Virus record (IMG/VR): IMGVR_UViG_2862035965_000001
Length of the DNA: 64,000 bases
Reading direction: 5' to 3' (one strand)
DNA from: a virus
Taxonomy: Duplodnaviria; Heunggongvirae; Uroviricota; Caudoviricetes
A program made the position numbers and the translations under genes. The notes under the pieces are model-generated. The model saw nothing but the letters and a program-made list of their open reading frames with translations. It did no database searches and was not told the DNA's origin. Below are positions 9,528-17,477 of this stretch, piece by piece. The stretch's first letter is position 1. Each line of letters begins with the position of its first letter.

Positions 9528-10100
9528 ATGCAGCAGCAACTCACGCAGCACACACTTCCACAGCGCACACAGCCATGGCCTGAAGGTTCTTTTCATGTAG
9601 CGCTCACCGGGCATCGCCCCAAGTCGCTGCCTGGTGGCTACGATGACAATCATCCGTTTTATCACGCGCTCTATCAGCGCTTATACGCCATCATGGAGCG
9701 CGGTCTAGCGCATCACAGCCACTTCGTGCTGCACTCTGGCATGGCGCTCGGTGCAGACACAGTGTGGGCGTATGTCATCACAGCTTTGCAGCGTGCCTAT
9801 CCAGGGAGGTTCTCTTTTGTTGCTGAAGTGCCGCTGTTGACGCAGCCCTCCAAGTGGCAGGCAAAGGATCAACAGCAATGGGCACAGCTGGTGCAGCAGG
9901 CAGATCACGTCAATCTCTACGGCGAGGTTTATCATCCGAGCGTGCTCATGAAGCGCAACACAGGAATGATCAAGGCGTGTGATTTGGTGATTGCTGTCAT
10001 CAACAAGGATTCACACACAGGTGGCACAGCGCACGCTGTGAAAGAAGCAGAAAGCATGTCTAAGCAGGTCTTTAAGATTCATCCAGAGGATCTGGTTTAA
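9528..10100 (+). CDS. YpsA/SLOG (DUF1273)-like protein
   Basis: 190 aa. LTGHRPKSL, HSGMALGADTVWA and the C-terminal GGTAHAVKEAE...FKIHPEDL align with Bacillus YpsA (TGYKPFELG, ISGQLGVELWAAEAA, GTAEKRREQ...FITMDDL). Confidence 0.6.
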   Translation: MQQQLTQHTLPQRTQPWPEGSFHVALTGHRPKSLPGGYDDNHPFYHALYQRLYAIMERGLAHHSHFVLHSGMALGADTVWAYVITALQRAYPGRFSFVAEVPLLTQPSKWQAKDQQQWAQLVQQADHVNLYGEVYHPSVLMKRNTGMIKACDLVIAVINKDSHTGGTAHAVKEAESMSKQVFKIHPEDLV

Positions 10101-10111
10101 AGCTCTACACA

Positions 10112-10144
10112 CCCCAAGGGACGTTCCCTTGGGGTTTCTTTTTG
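10112..10144 (+). terminator. intrinsic terminator (CCCCAAGGGACGTTCCCTTGGGG plus T-run)
   Basis: Perfect GC-rich hairpin followed by TTTCTTTTT. Confidence 0.6.
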
Positions 10145-10166
10145 CTCGCGCTGATTAAAAGATTCC

Positions 10167-10189
10167 AACGACAGCACAGCTGCGTTCGG
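10167..10189 (+). promoter_or_regulatory. conserved 23-nt promoter-like motif, copy 2
   Basis: AACGACAGCACAGCTGCGTTCGG, directly upstream of the 10194/10245 gene. Confidence 0.6.
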
Positions 10190-10193
10190 GGAC

Positions 10194-11462
10194 ATGCCTG
10201 ATCAACTACTGACGCCCACGTCCACCCAAGGAGACTCACACACTATGTTCCCCACCAAAGATATGCTCGCGCTGTTTCAGCCCACTGACCCCGTACCAGC
10301 AGATCTTGTGCAATTTGCCCCAGGAAAACTCATGCGTACCGATGGGTTGCCTGTTGATGACACCCTCAACGAGATTTCCCAGATGTTCTACTCCACTGAT
10401 CCTGCCAGCGTCTCCGATCAATTCATGCGCAAGCAATTTCACGGCCTGTTTCACCGCACCGCGTCGGTCTCAGACCTCACTGAAGATCTCTATGAGCGCT
10501 TCGCGCACAACCCGAACTCTATGGCGCATTGGTTGCCTAAAGTGGTCGCAGCAAACAGTGCTGCGACACCCGCAGCCTTTCTCATCCCGGAAACCACCAT
10601 TTGGCGCCTACCTATTGAGCTAGCCCAGTACATCCGCATCCAATATCAGGACACCACGCCAGCCAGCCGTGCCATGTTCAACGACATCATCAGCACTGTC
10701 TTTGAGCTCAAGTCTGATACCACCTACTTCATCAAGACTGGCACGTTTTCCTGCAAGTTTGAATTCGCTAATGCCCGGTGCTCTGAGCCAGAAGAAATGG
10801 GTGAATACTTCCAGGTCGTCAACAACATCGCCATGATGCTTGGTGCCGGCGAGAGTGTTGATCTTGTTGTCCGCGAGTACATCGAGGACACAGAAGATAA
10901 CCCGACCATCTATCACGGTATGCCGCTGCGTACTGAATACCGCGCCTTTATCGACCTTGATCACTGCGATCCGACTACCGGTGAGTCTGAGCCACGTTTA
11001 CTGGGTATTACCCCGTATTGGCACCCGTCAGTGATGGAGAAGGCTCTTGCCTTGGCCTCAAGTGATGTTGGTGCTGGATTCGGCCACATCAACGATGATT
11101 ACCACACCTACCGTGCTCATAAAGACAACCTCATGAACAAGTTTCATGTGCACCGCGATGATGTCATTGCACGTATTACTGCACTACTTCCGACGCTTCG
11201 TGCACAGGGTCTGCAGGGTCAGTGGTCGGTAGACATCATGAAAAACGGTGAGGATTTCTACCTCATTGATATGGCGTTGATGTGCGAGTCGGCGCTTTCT
11301 GAGCTGCTCACTGTTACTGACGAGTACGCCACCGTCGAACCGAGCGTCATTAATGACTTCGCCAACCAGCTGGTCATTGACTATGACGAGCACAACATCA
11401 GCTTTGATCGAGACTATCCAACGGGTGTGTACAGCACCCGAACAGCAAGTGCTCTCAGCTAA
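10194..11462 (+). CDS. ATP-grasp-like protein (paralog of 17478-18716)
   Basis: 422 aa; the true start is probably the ATG at 10245 (MFPTKD). TEYRAFIDLD and DIMKNGEDFYLIDMALMCE resemble the ATP-grasp EYRxF...hh[DE]hN motifs of RimK-like ligases. Confidence 0.55.
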   Translation: MPDQLLTPTSTQGDSHTMFPTKDMLALFQPTDPVPADLVQFAPGKLMRTDGLPVDDTLNEISQMFYSTDPASVSDQFMRKQFHGLFHRTASVSDLTEDLYERFAHNPNSMAHWLPKVVAANSAATPAAFLIPETTIWRLPIELAQYIRIQYQDTTPASRAMFNDIISTVFELKSDTTYFIKTGTFSCKFEFANARCSEPEEMGEYFQVVNNIAMMLGAGESVDLVVREYIEDTEDNPTIYHGMPLRTEYRAFIDLDHCDPTTGESEPRLLGITPYWHPSVMEKALALASSDVGAGFGHINDDYHTYRAHKDNLMNKFHVHRDDVIARITALLPTLRAQGLQGQWSVDIMKNGEDFYLIDMALMCESALSELLTVTDEYATVEPSVINDFANQLVIDYDEHNISFDRDYPTGVYSTRTASALS

Positions 11463-11479
11463 AACACGCATCACCGAAA

Positions 11480-11511
11480 CCCCAAGGAAATTCCCTTGGG
11501 GTTTCTTTTTT
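11480..11511 (+). terminator. intrinsic terminator (CCCCAAGGAAATTCCCTTGGGG plus T-run)
   Basis: Near-identical hairpin to the one at 10112. Confidence 0.6.
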
Positions 11512-11573
11512 GCTCTACCCGCTGTGCCTGTCGCACACCGGTGCCGGCAACAGGCACAAAAAACACAAAAAAC

Positions 11574-11596
11574 AACGACAGCAAAGCTGCGTTCGG
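11574..11596 (+). promoter_or_regulatory. conserved 23-nt promoter-like motif, copy 3 (AACGACAGCAAAGCTGCGTTCGG)
   Basis: One mismatch to the consensus, A-rich upstream, 54 nt before the 11650 ORF. Confidence 0.6.
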
Positions 11597-11649
11597 GAGA
11601 ACTCATGAACAAAGATCTGTCCATCTCAAGCTCTTAAAAGGAGATCATC

Positions 11650-11781
11650 ATGAACTGCCCAAATTGCTCTGAAGAAATGACTGTCGTTGATGTTGTTGGT
11701 CGTGGTGCTAGCCGAGGTCTGTTGCTTATTGACCCCACCACCCACATCTGCAGCGACTGCGGATACTCCGAAGTGTTCTAG
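11650..11781 (+). CDS. small zinc-ribbon protein (43 aa), not in the ORF track
   Basis: AAAAGGAG ribosome-binding site 7 nt before the ATG. The product is MNCPNCSEEMTVVDVVGRGASRGLLLIDPTTHICSDCGYSEVF, with CxxC...CxxC. Confidence 0.45.
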   Translation: MNCPNCSEEMTVVDVVGRGASRGLLLIDPTTHICSDCGYSEVF

Positions 11782-11886
11782 ATCAGCACACTTTTCCATA
11801 CCCTTTCACCACACTTTCGCTCCTGCACTGCTGCCCTACCAGCACCACCGTGCAGGGGTTAATTTTTCACAAGAAAAGAGACCACC

Positions 11887-12324
11887 ATGTTCAAAGCTTT
11901 CAAAAGTAACCCTATGACCATTAAAGAGCTTGTTGCTGATCTCATTAGTGGAGACGACGCAGCACTCAACGAGCTAGAACGACGCGTCACCGATGAATTA
12001 ACCCTCACCCGCGAACTCCCCAAAAACCAGTTCAAAGCCACTTTTGAACGCAACCTCGCCATGTCCGAACTGGTCCAGAATGTGCGCCGCATCAACAAGG
12101 CGCAGAGTAATCCAAACGGTGTACCCGCTCATGCCACTGTGATCCTGCTTAAGGAAGACGGCGGCTACGACACCGAAGAACAGTGGCGCATTCCAGAAAA
12201 GGCGATCACTCCGTTCGACATGCTACGTTCGCCAGATTTCGATGAAAACAGACTGAAGAACCGACTCGTCCTGGTCGAATCTCAATACCCCTGGGGCTTC
12301 CCAGGACTCATTAAAGCGAACTGA
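11887..12324 (+). CDS. hypothetical protein, member A of a triplicated paralog family (EEQWRIP...YPWG)
   Basis: 145 aa. C-terminal segment TEEQWRIPEKAITPFDMLRSPDFDEN...QYPWGFP. Confidence 0.55.
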   Translation: MFKAFKSNPMTIKELVADLISGDDAALNELERRVTDELTLTRELPKNQFKATFERNLAMSELVQNVRRINKAQSNPNGVPAHATVILLKEDGGYDTEEQWRIPEKAITPFDMLRSPDFDENRLKNRLVLVESQYPWGFPGLIKAN

Positions 12325-12344
12325 TCAGAAAGTAGAGCACCATC

Positions 12345-12758
12345 ATGTCCAATGAGGAATTCATCAAGAAACTCGCCAACCGAGACGCAGAGGCGCTTAA
12401 TGAATTAGATACTGTCGCGGCAACAATCCAATACGCAGCAGTAACTAATGATGAAAGTTCGACGTACTCTGCTGCAGTACTTCTCAGTAATACTGTCACA
12501 GAGCTCAGGCGCATCGAAGAGGCTCGACTCAGCGACACCCTCATGCCAGAGCGCGCTACAGTGCAGTTTTTCAATGAAGCGGGCTTAAGTTGCGGCCAGG
12601 AACAGTGGCGTATCCCTGACACCGCCATTGATGCCGAGGGTATGAAAGACTCTCCCGACTACCGCGAAATCAACACTGGCGTCGGCACTGGCAGCTGCAT
12701 CATTGTCGTTCCTGAACAAGCACCGTGGTTTAAACCAGCCATCATCAAACAGGCTTAA
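12345..12758 (+). CDS. hypothetical protein, member B of the paralog family
   Basis: 137 aa. QEQWRIPDTAIDAEGMKDSPDY...APWFKP. Confidence 0.55.
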   Translation: MSNEEFIKKLANRDAEALNELDTVAATIQYAAVTNDESSTYSAAVLLSNTVTELRRIEEARLSDTLMPERATVQFFNEAGLSCGQEQWRIPDTAIDAEGMKDSPDYREINTGVGTGSCIIVVPEQAPWFKPAIIKQA

Positions 12759-12797
12759 AACTACATTCGCACTCACCCAAGAAAAGAGCACATAACC

Positions 12798-13397
12798 ATG
12801 TACAACACTGCTAAGACCCTTGTGGCTCAAATCACCGCTTTCGATGAGACAGCGATCGCAGCACTCGACCAAGCTGCACAAGATGAGTTCCGCAAGGCCA
12901 ACTACCCCGAACTCAAAGCTAACCAAGAAGCTGCCTATGTTCTAGCGAAAGCAGCTGCCGATATTCAACGCATTGCAACAGCTCGTGCCACCGACAATGT
13001 ACCTGCAACGGCACGAGTCGTACGCATTAAGGATTCTGGCAAATACTACACCGAGGAGCAGTGGCGCATTCCAGACAACGCCTACTACCCTCGCAGTATG
13101 GCTAAATCTCCTGATGCGCGCCTTGAGGACGGTGGCATCTATATTGTGCCCGCACAGTATCCATGGGGTTACGAGGAAATCATCAACCTGCCTGCGCGCT
13201 CCACCTCTACTCCTGCTGTTGACCCGCGCACTGAAGCTGCACCCGCTGCGGTATCTGATGACGAGATTAAGAGCCTGCTTGAGTACTTAGGTGCCAACGC
13301 TTTTGTAAGTCGTCATGACGGTGAGCATGAGAAAGCTTATATCTTCGATCAGCACATTAACACCGTCAACAAGCTAGCAGCACTACGTGCACGCTAG
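12798..13397 (+). CDS. hypothetical protein, member C of the paralog family
   Basis: 199 aa. TEEQWRIPDNAYYPRSMAKSPDA...QYPWGYEE, followed by a C-terminal extension. Confidence 0.55.
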   Translation: MYNTAKTLVAQITAFDETAIAALDQAAQDEFRKANYPELKANQEAAYVLAKAAADIQRIATARATDNVPATARVVRIKDSGKYYTEEQWRIPDNAYYPRSMAKSPDARLEDGGIYIVPAQYPWGYEEIINLPARSTSTPAVDPRTEAAPAAVSDDEIKSLLEYLGANAFVSRHDGEHEKAYIFDQHINTVNKLAALRAR

Positions 13398-13449
13398 AAA
13401 TCACACCACGCAAACCCCTACATAGACTGATGTCCAGTCTGTGTAGGGG

Positions 13450-13875
13450 TTATTTTTTCAACTGAATCATCGGTATCTTGCCATTGGTAGCAATGGCTGC
13501 CACTACACCCAAGGTTGCAACCGCAACAGTCCCGATGAGCTCTGCTTTGTTTTTCACTAACTTCTCCAACAAACCCTTGTTGTCTTTATCGTGCTCACGA
13601 GCGTTCTCATCTAACCCTGCCATATTCTCCCGAGCCTCCTTCCTAGTTTCTTCAGATTGATTCGGATCGAGCGCAATTTTTGCCCACATCTCTCGACTGG
13701 CCTGAATATCCGCCAAATAAGCATCAGAGATATGCTCGTTACTCTTGATGACCTGCTCATTAGTTTCGTCCATGGACGCTGTAGCCTGCGCTGATAAATC
13801 AGCCAGATTCGCTGCGACCTGCGCTGCTGCGGTGTTCTCATTTGGTGTGCCGGAATTCTTCGGCGAAATGCTCAT
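13450..13875 (-). CDS. hypothetical protein with C-terminal TM helix
   Basis: The ATG at 13875 is preceded by AGGGAG; the annotated ORF starts at a GTG at 13878. The N-terminus is helical and acidic. The C-terminus reads LIGTVAVATLGVVAAIATNG. Confidence 0.5.
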   Translation of the reverse strand: MSISPKNSGTPNENTAAAQVAANLADLSAQATASMDETNEQVIKSNEHISDAYLADIQASREMWAKIALDPNQSEETRKEARENMAGLDENAREHDKDNKGLLEKLVKNKAELIGTVAVATLGVVAAIATNGKIPMIQLKK

Positions 13876-14075
13876 CACATACTCCCTAGCCTCGTAACTG
13901 TATTACCTCAAGTGTATCCGGTGGGCACGACACAGTAGTAAAAATTTAGACCACCCTTGCGAATAAAACCAACAAATATTGTGCACTATATTCCCAATAA
14001 TTTATTCAAGCTATTCACCCAAAAGTTTCTGTATCGAAATACACATATTTTAATGACTTTAGCTATACTTCTATC

Positions 14076-14100
14076 TTGTGACTTAAATGAAAGTCACAAA
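14076..14100. promoter_or_regulatory. inverted-repeat operator-like site (TTGTGACTT-n7-AAGTCACAA)
   Basis: Perfect 9-bp inverted repeat inside the AT-rich divergent region between the 13875 (-) and 14184 (+) genes. Confidence 0.3.
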
Positions 14101-14183
14101 CTTTGTTGGGGTTTCTTTAAAGTAAAATACAGAAGTTTCTCCGGCAAAAACCTCGCCACTTTCTACAGAAAGGCGTCTTCCTC

Positions 14184-14717
14184 ATGAAGGCTTCTCAGAC
14201 CCTCACCCGCAACACTCGTGCACGCAAGCTCGGTATGGGTATTCTCGCAGCAACTATTATGGCTACCGGTGCACTTGCCGGCACTGCTCCACAGGCGGCA
14301 GCAGCAGTAGACACCACTGCCCCATACGTGTCCTATGTCGTTGACGTTCCTGGCAAGGTTGGTGAACCAATCAAGCCTCAGTACCTCACCATCTCCGATC
14401 AGTCCGCATACACTGTGACCTTCAAGTACATGCCATCCTGGTTAAAGTACGACGCAAACAAGAAGATGCTGTACGGTACCCCAACCGAGGTTGATGTCTG
14501 GACTCCTGAGGTACATGTCGTTGATGCCTACGGCAACAAGACTGTTCGCTACTTCACTGTTGTAGCAGTCCCAGCAAGCACTGCTCCAACCACCACCACA
14601 CCATCTACTCCAAAGCCATCTACTCCACAGGTGACTACCCCAACTACTCCGAAGTCTCCTACCCTGCCGAAGTCCACCTTCGACTGGACCTTGTGGGGCT
14701 CCATCTTTGGTTTCTAG
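14184..14717 (+). CDS. secreted protein with Pro/Thr-rich linker
   Basis: 177 aa with a signal peptide (MGILAATIMATGALAGTAPQAAAA), a PT-rich segment (TTTPSTPKPSTPQVTTPTTPKSPTLP) and a hydrophobic C-terminal end. Confidence 0.55.
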   Translation: MKASQTLTRNTRARKLGMGILAATIMATGALAGTAPQAAAAVDTTAPYVSYVVDVPGKVGEPIKPQYLTISDQSAYTVTFKYMPSWLKYDANKKMLYGTPTEVDVWTPEVHVVDAYGNKTVRYFTVVAVPASTAPTTTTPSTPKPSTPQVTTPTTPKSPTLPKSTFDWTLWGSIFGF

Positions 14718-14754
14718 TTCTCACTAGCACCTCGAAAAAGCACCACCTTTTAAA

Positions 14755-14809
14755 CAACCCTTGTACTGCACCTTTATGCACTACAGGGGTTGTTTTTTAT
14801 GTGCGCACA
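14755..14809 (+). terminator. imperfect hairpin plus T-run
   Basis: AACCCTTGTACTGCA...TGCACTACAGGGGTT followed by GTTTTTT. Confidence 0.45.
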
Positions 14810-14827
14810 CAAATTCTTTAGAAAGAC

Positions 14828-14850
14828 AACGACAGCACAGCTGCGTTCGG
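14828..14850 (+). promoter_or_regulatory. conserved 23-nt promoter-like motif, copy 4
   Basis: Exact consensus, followed at +6 by GTGTGA, 72 nt upstream of the ATG at 14922. Confidence 0.6.
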
Positions 14851-14921
14851 ATACAGGTGTGACAAACTCTTGCCACACCTCGCACCCCAACCGTGCACAA
14901 TCCCAGAAAGAGGTCATACCC

Positions 14922-15560
14922 ATGTCCCAGAAAATCAACTTTGGTATCGGCGAAGAATGCTCCACATGGACACACCACTCTGATGATCAAGCACGTAACG
15001 GCATCGTCAACAAACTGCCACTCACCCAACCCATGATTGATGCACTTACCCCTGAGGTGCTTACTGATGCGCGCACCCGCATTCTTTCCCGCCTTGCCTC
15101 TAGTCGCTACCAATACAGTGCTGCCAACGAGTACACCCAGCCCGATCTACTCCTGGGTCGCTCGGGTCAATTCGACAATCAAGTCATCACCGCGCTAGTC
15201 AAAGACAAAGACGGCAAACAGAGGCACTGCTACGCCAAAGGCTTCGATATTGCCTATGCCATTGTTATGTTCACCAACTACGAGATCCAACTCCCCTACG
15301 CCGATGTCCACAACATTGATCCAGCACTAATCCGCGAACCCCACTGGGACGGCGAAGAGATGCCTGAGATGCTCACCATAGATGACCTCGTAGACACTGA
15401 AAAGAAATCTATCGCCGGCATCCTCACTGTTGAACACTATGTGGCCTACAACGATGAGGGCAACATACGACAAGACCCCACACTTGATGAGGATCTTTTC
15501 TCTGTTCTCTATAGCTCACTGATCGCGGCTGAAAAGATGCGCGAAAAAATCGAAGGATAA
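14922..15560 (+). CDS. hypothetical protein
   Basis: ATG start with an AGAAAGAGG ribosome-binding site. The longer annotated ORF from 14790 would run through the promoter motif. Confidence 0.55.
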   Translation: MSQKINFGIGEECSTWTHHSDDQARNGIVNKLPLTQPMIDALTPEVLTDARTRILSRLASSRYQYSAANEYTQPDLLLGRSGQFDNQVITALVKDKDGKQRHCYAKGFDIAYAIVMFTNYEIQLPYADVHNIDPALIREPHWDGEEMPEMLTIDDLVDTEKKSIAGILTVEHYVAYNDEGNIRQDPTLDEDLFSVLYSSLIAAEKMREKIEG

Positions 15561-15565
15561 CAACG

Positions 15566-16051
15566 ATGAAAAAGACTATTGTTTCTGCCCTTGCTGTACT
15601 TGTGGCACTCACTGCAACCGCGTGCGGACCTATGCCTGACACTACCGCTGATTCCGATACTGCTGCTCATGCGCCAGCCACCAACACTGTGGCACAAGCC
15701 ATTGAAGACAGCAGCAACGGCGCCGATACCGATGCACCTCCGAAACGCCATGTTCAAGACATTGAGACCTTCACGCCGCAACAGTTTGGCACCGCGTTTG
15801 ATAAATACTCTTCTCAAGATCCACTTCAGCTAAGGTATGTCCTGCTCCCTGATGGGCAATATGTACTCTGCATCCGCGACTGGGATAAAAAGGGCTACGC
15901 CGGAGGGCTTGCCATGTCCTGCGATTGGGACAACAAAGTCCCTGCAGACGGCATTATCCCCATGCCGACAAATAATGCAGGCACCCCAGACTCCGCAAAA
16001 ACTACAAATGCCACCGAAGCAACAGAGCCGACTGACGCGCCTGCGCAATAA
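15566..16051 (+). CDS. putative lipoprotein
   Basis: 161 aa. The N-terminus MKKTIVSALAVLVALTATAC(G) has a lipobox-like TATAC and a low-complexity D/T/A-rich linker. Confidence 0.55.
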   Translation: MKKTIVSALAVLVALTATACGPMPDTTADSDTAAHAPATNTVAQAIEDSSNGADTDAPPKRHVQDIETFTPQQFGTAFDKYSSQDPLQLRYVLLPDGQYVLCIRDWDKKGYAGGLAMSCDWDNKVPADGIIPMPTNNAGTPDSAKTTNATEATEPTDAPAQ

Positions 16052-16076
16052 ATCCGCACAGCAAAACCACCACATA

Positions 16077-16106
16077 ACCCCTTAAGTACCCGCTTAAGGG
16101 GTTTTT
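16077..16106 (+). terminator. intrinsic terminator (CCCCTTAAGTACCCGCTTAAGGGG plus TTTTT)
   Basis: Perfect hairpin followed by a T-run. Confidence 0.55.
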
Positions 16107-16163
16107 CCCCTGTATCTCCCTGCACCGCAACTCGTACACGACCGTTAAGAAAGGTTTTCCGCC

Positions 16164-16634
16164 ATGAACGCTCAGCAGCAACTGACCTCGACCACCGACT
16201 ACGCGACACAACTCGCTGGCACCTTTGTACAGAAACTCCACAGCGAAGCAGACCTAACGCAGACCTTCTTTAAAACAACGTCTGACGATTGGGTGCGCAC
16301 CTCTTATCCGGGCCTCAAAGACCTCGATGTGCTCAAGCGCTACACCAATGAAGAAATGGCCGACATAGCAACAACTGTGCTCTATGCGCCTGATGATCTC
16401 TCAAACAAACACAATATCTTCAAAACCTACGCAGTGCACGAATCTGTACTTGACGAGCTTGCCATCGGATCTATTATCTGCGACGACAGCAACTACCCTG
16501 TGCCGCTGATGAAATTGCCCCACGCGGATAACCCTTTTTACGCCAAGTGGTCCATGTTCGGGATTAATGGCGACTTCGACAGTGAAGATATTCTCGGCGT
16601 CAGGATCAAAACCAGAATTCTTCACAGCGCCTAG
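16164..16634 (+). CDS. hypothetical protein
   Basis: 156 aa with an AAGAAAGG ribosome-binding site. Confidence 0.55.
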   Translation: MNAQQQLTSTTDYATQLAGTFVQKLHSEADLTQTFFKTTSDDWVRTSYPGLKDLDVLKRYTNEEMADIATTVLYAPDDLSNKHNIFKTYAVHESVLDELAIGSIICDDSNYPVPLMKLPHADNPFYAKWSMFGINGDFDSEDILGVRIKTRILHSA

Positions 16635-16653
16635 ATTCCACACCACTATCCAA

Positions 16654-16700
16654 GCCCTCAGACAAAACGCACCAGGTTTTGTCTGAGGGCTTTCTTTTTT
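16654..16700 (+). terminator. intrinsic terminator (GCCCTCAGACAAAAC...GTTTTGTCTGAGGGC plus T-run)
   Basis: 15-bp perfect stem followed by TTTCTTTTTT. Confidence 0.6.
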
Positions 16701-16743
16701 CTGGCCCCGCTTTTCTCGTGCACACACCTTAAAAGCACAAGAC

Positions 16744-16766
16744 AACGACAGCACAGCTGCGTTCGG
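16744..16766 (+). promoter_or_regulatory. conserved 23-nt promoter-like motif, copy 5
   Basis: Exact consensus, followed at +6 by ATGTGA, 78 nt upstream of the ATG at 16844. Confidence 0.6.
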
Positions 16767-16843
16767 GAGCATATGTGAATCCTCGCTGTGCCTGCACTCG
16801 CAGGCATACAGCTTACTCAACAACACAGAAAGTACCCCTCACC

Positions 16844-17101
16844 ATGCTTAACGCACTTAACGCTGTCCTTGATGTTGTCGAATCTGCCCAAGGGCTTGTC
16901 TTTGTCGGCATCACTGCTTGCCTGCTCACTCTTGCTGTTATCTACATCAAGAACTATCCCCACGCGCCACAGCCTGCTACCTACCACCAAGACCACCCTG
17001 ACCAACCAACTGTGCCAGAGCCGCTGCACGTTCTTAAAACCGCCCAAAAAACTAACTCTAATCTCCACAGTGATCTCTACGCTGAAGAAAAGAGCGCATG
17101 A
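16844..17101 (+). CDS. small membrane protein
   Basis: 85 aa from the internal ATG after an AGAAAG ribosome-binding site. One TM helix (LVFVGITACLLTLAVIYI). Confidence 0.45.
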   Translation: MLNALNAVLDVVESAQGLVFVGITACLLTLAVIYIKNYPHAPQPATYHQDHPDQPTVPEPLHVLKTAQKTNSNLHSDLYAEEKSA

Positions 17102-17475
17102 TCATGCCGTCCATGTACGAACAGCACGTTCTGAACTACCTCAACGACCCTAAATCCACTGAAATTGTCCTGAACTCTTCGATGCATTCCCTTGAGCTTC
17201 TTCAACAAGAATCTTTGAACATTTATAGCGGTGACCACTGGCTTTTTAGTAGTAAAAACTCACGTTACCCAAAACTTCATGAACTTCGCCGGGATGCTTA
17301 TCGTGCTGGTGTGGAGGATGGCCTGCGACAGTCACAGCGCATCTTAGAAGACTTTCAATCCACTATTCACAAGATTGTTCAAAAGCGCGAGCAGCCAAGC
17401 TATAAGGATCTGCAGGCAGAACTTGCTGCAGCCCGCCAAGAACTCGCTCAACTCAAAGACCAGAAAGAGAGCTAA
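17098..17475 (+). CDS. hypothetical protein
   Basis: 125 aa, with a 4-nt overlap with the previous gene, which suggests coupling. Confidence 0.5.
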   Translation: MIMPSMYEQHVLNYLNDPKSTEIVLNSSMHSLELLQQESLNIYSGDHWLFSSKNSRYPKLHELRRDAYRAGVEDGLRQSQRILEDFQSTIHKIVQKREQPSYKDLQAELAAARQELAQLKDQKES

Positions 17476-17477
17476 CC

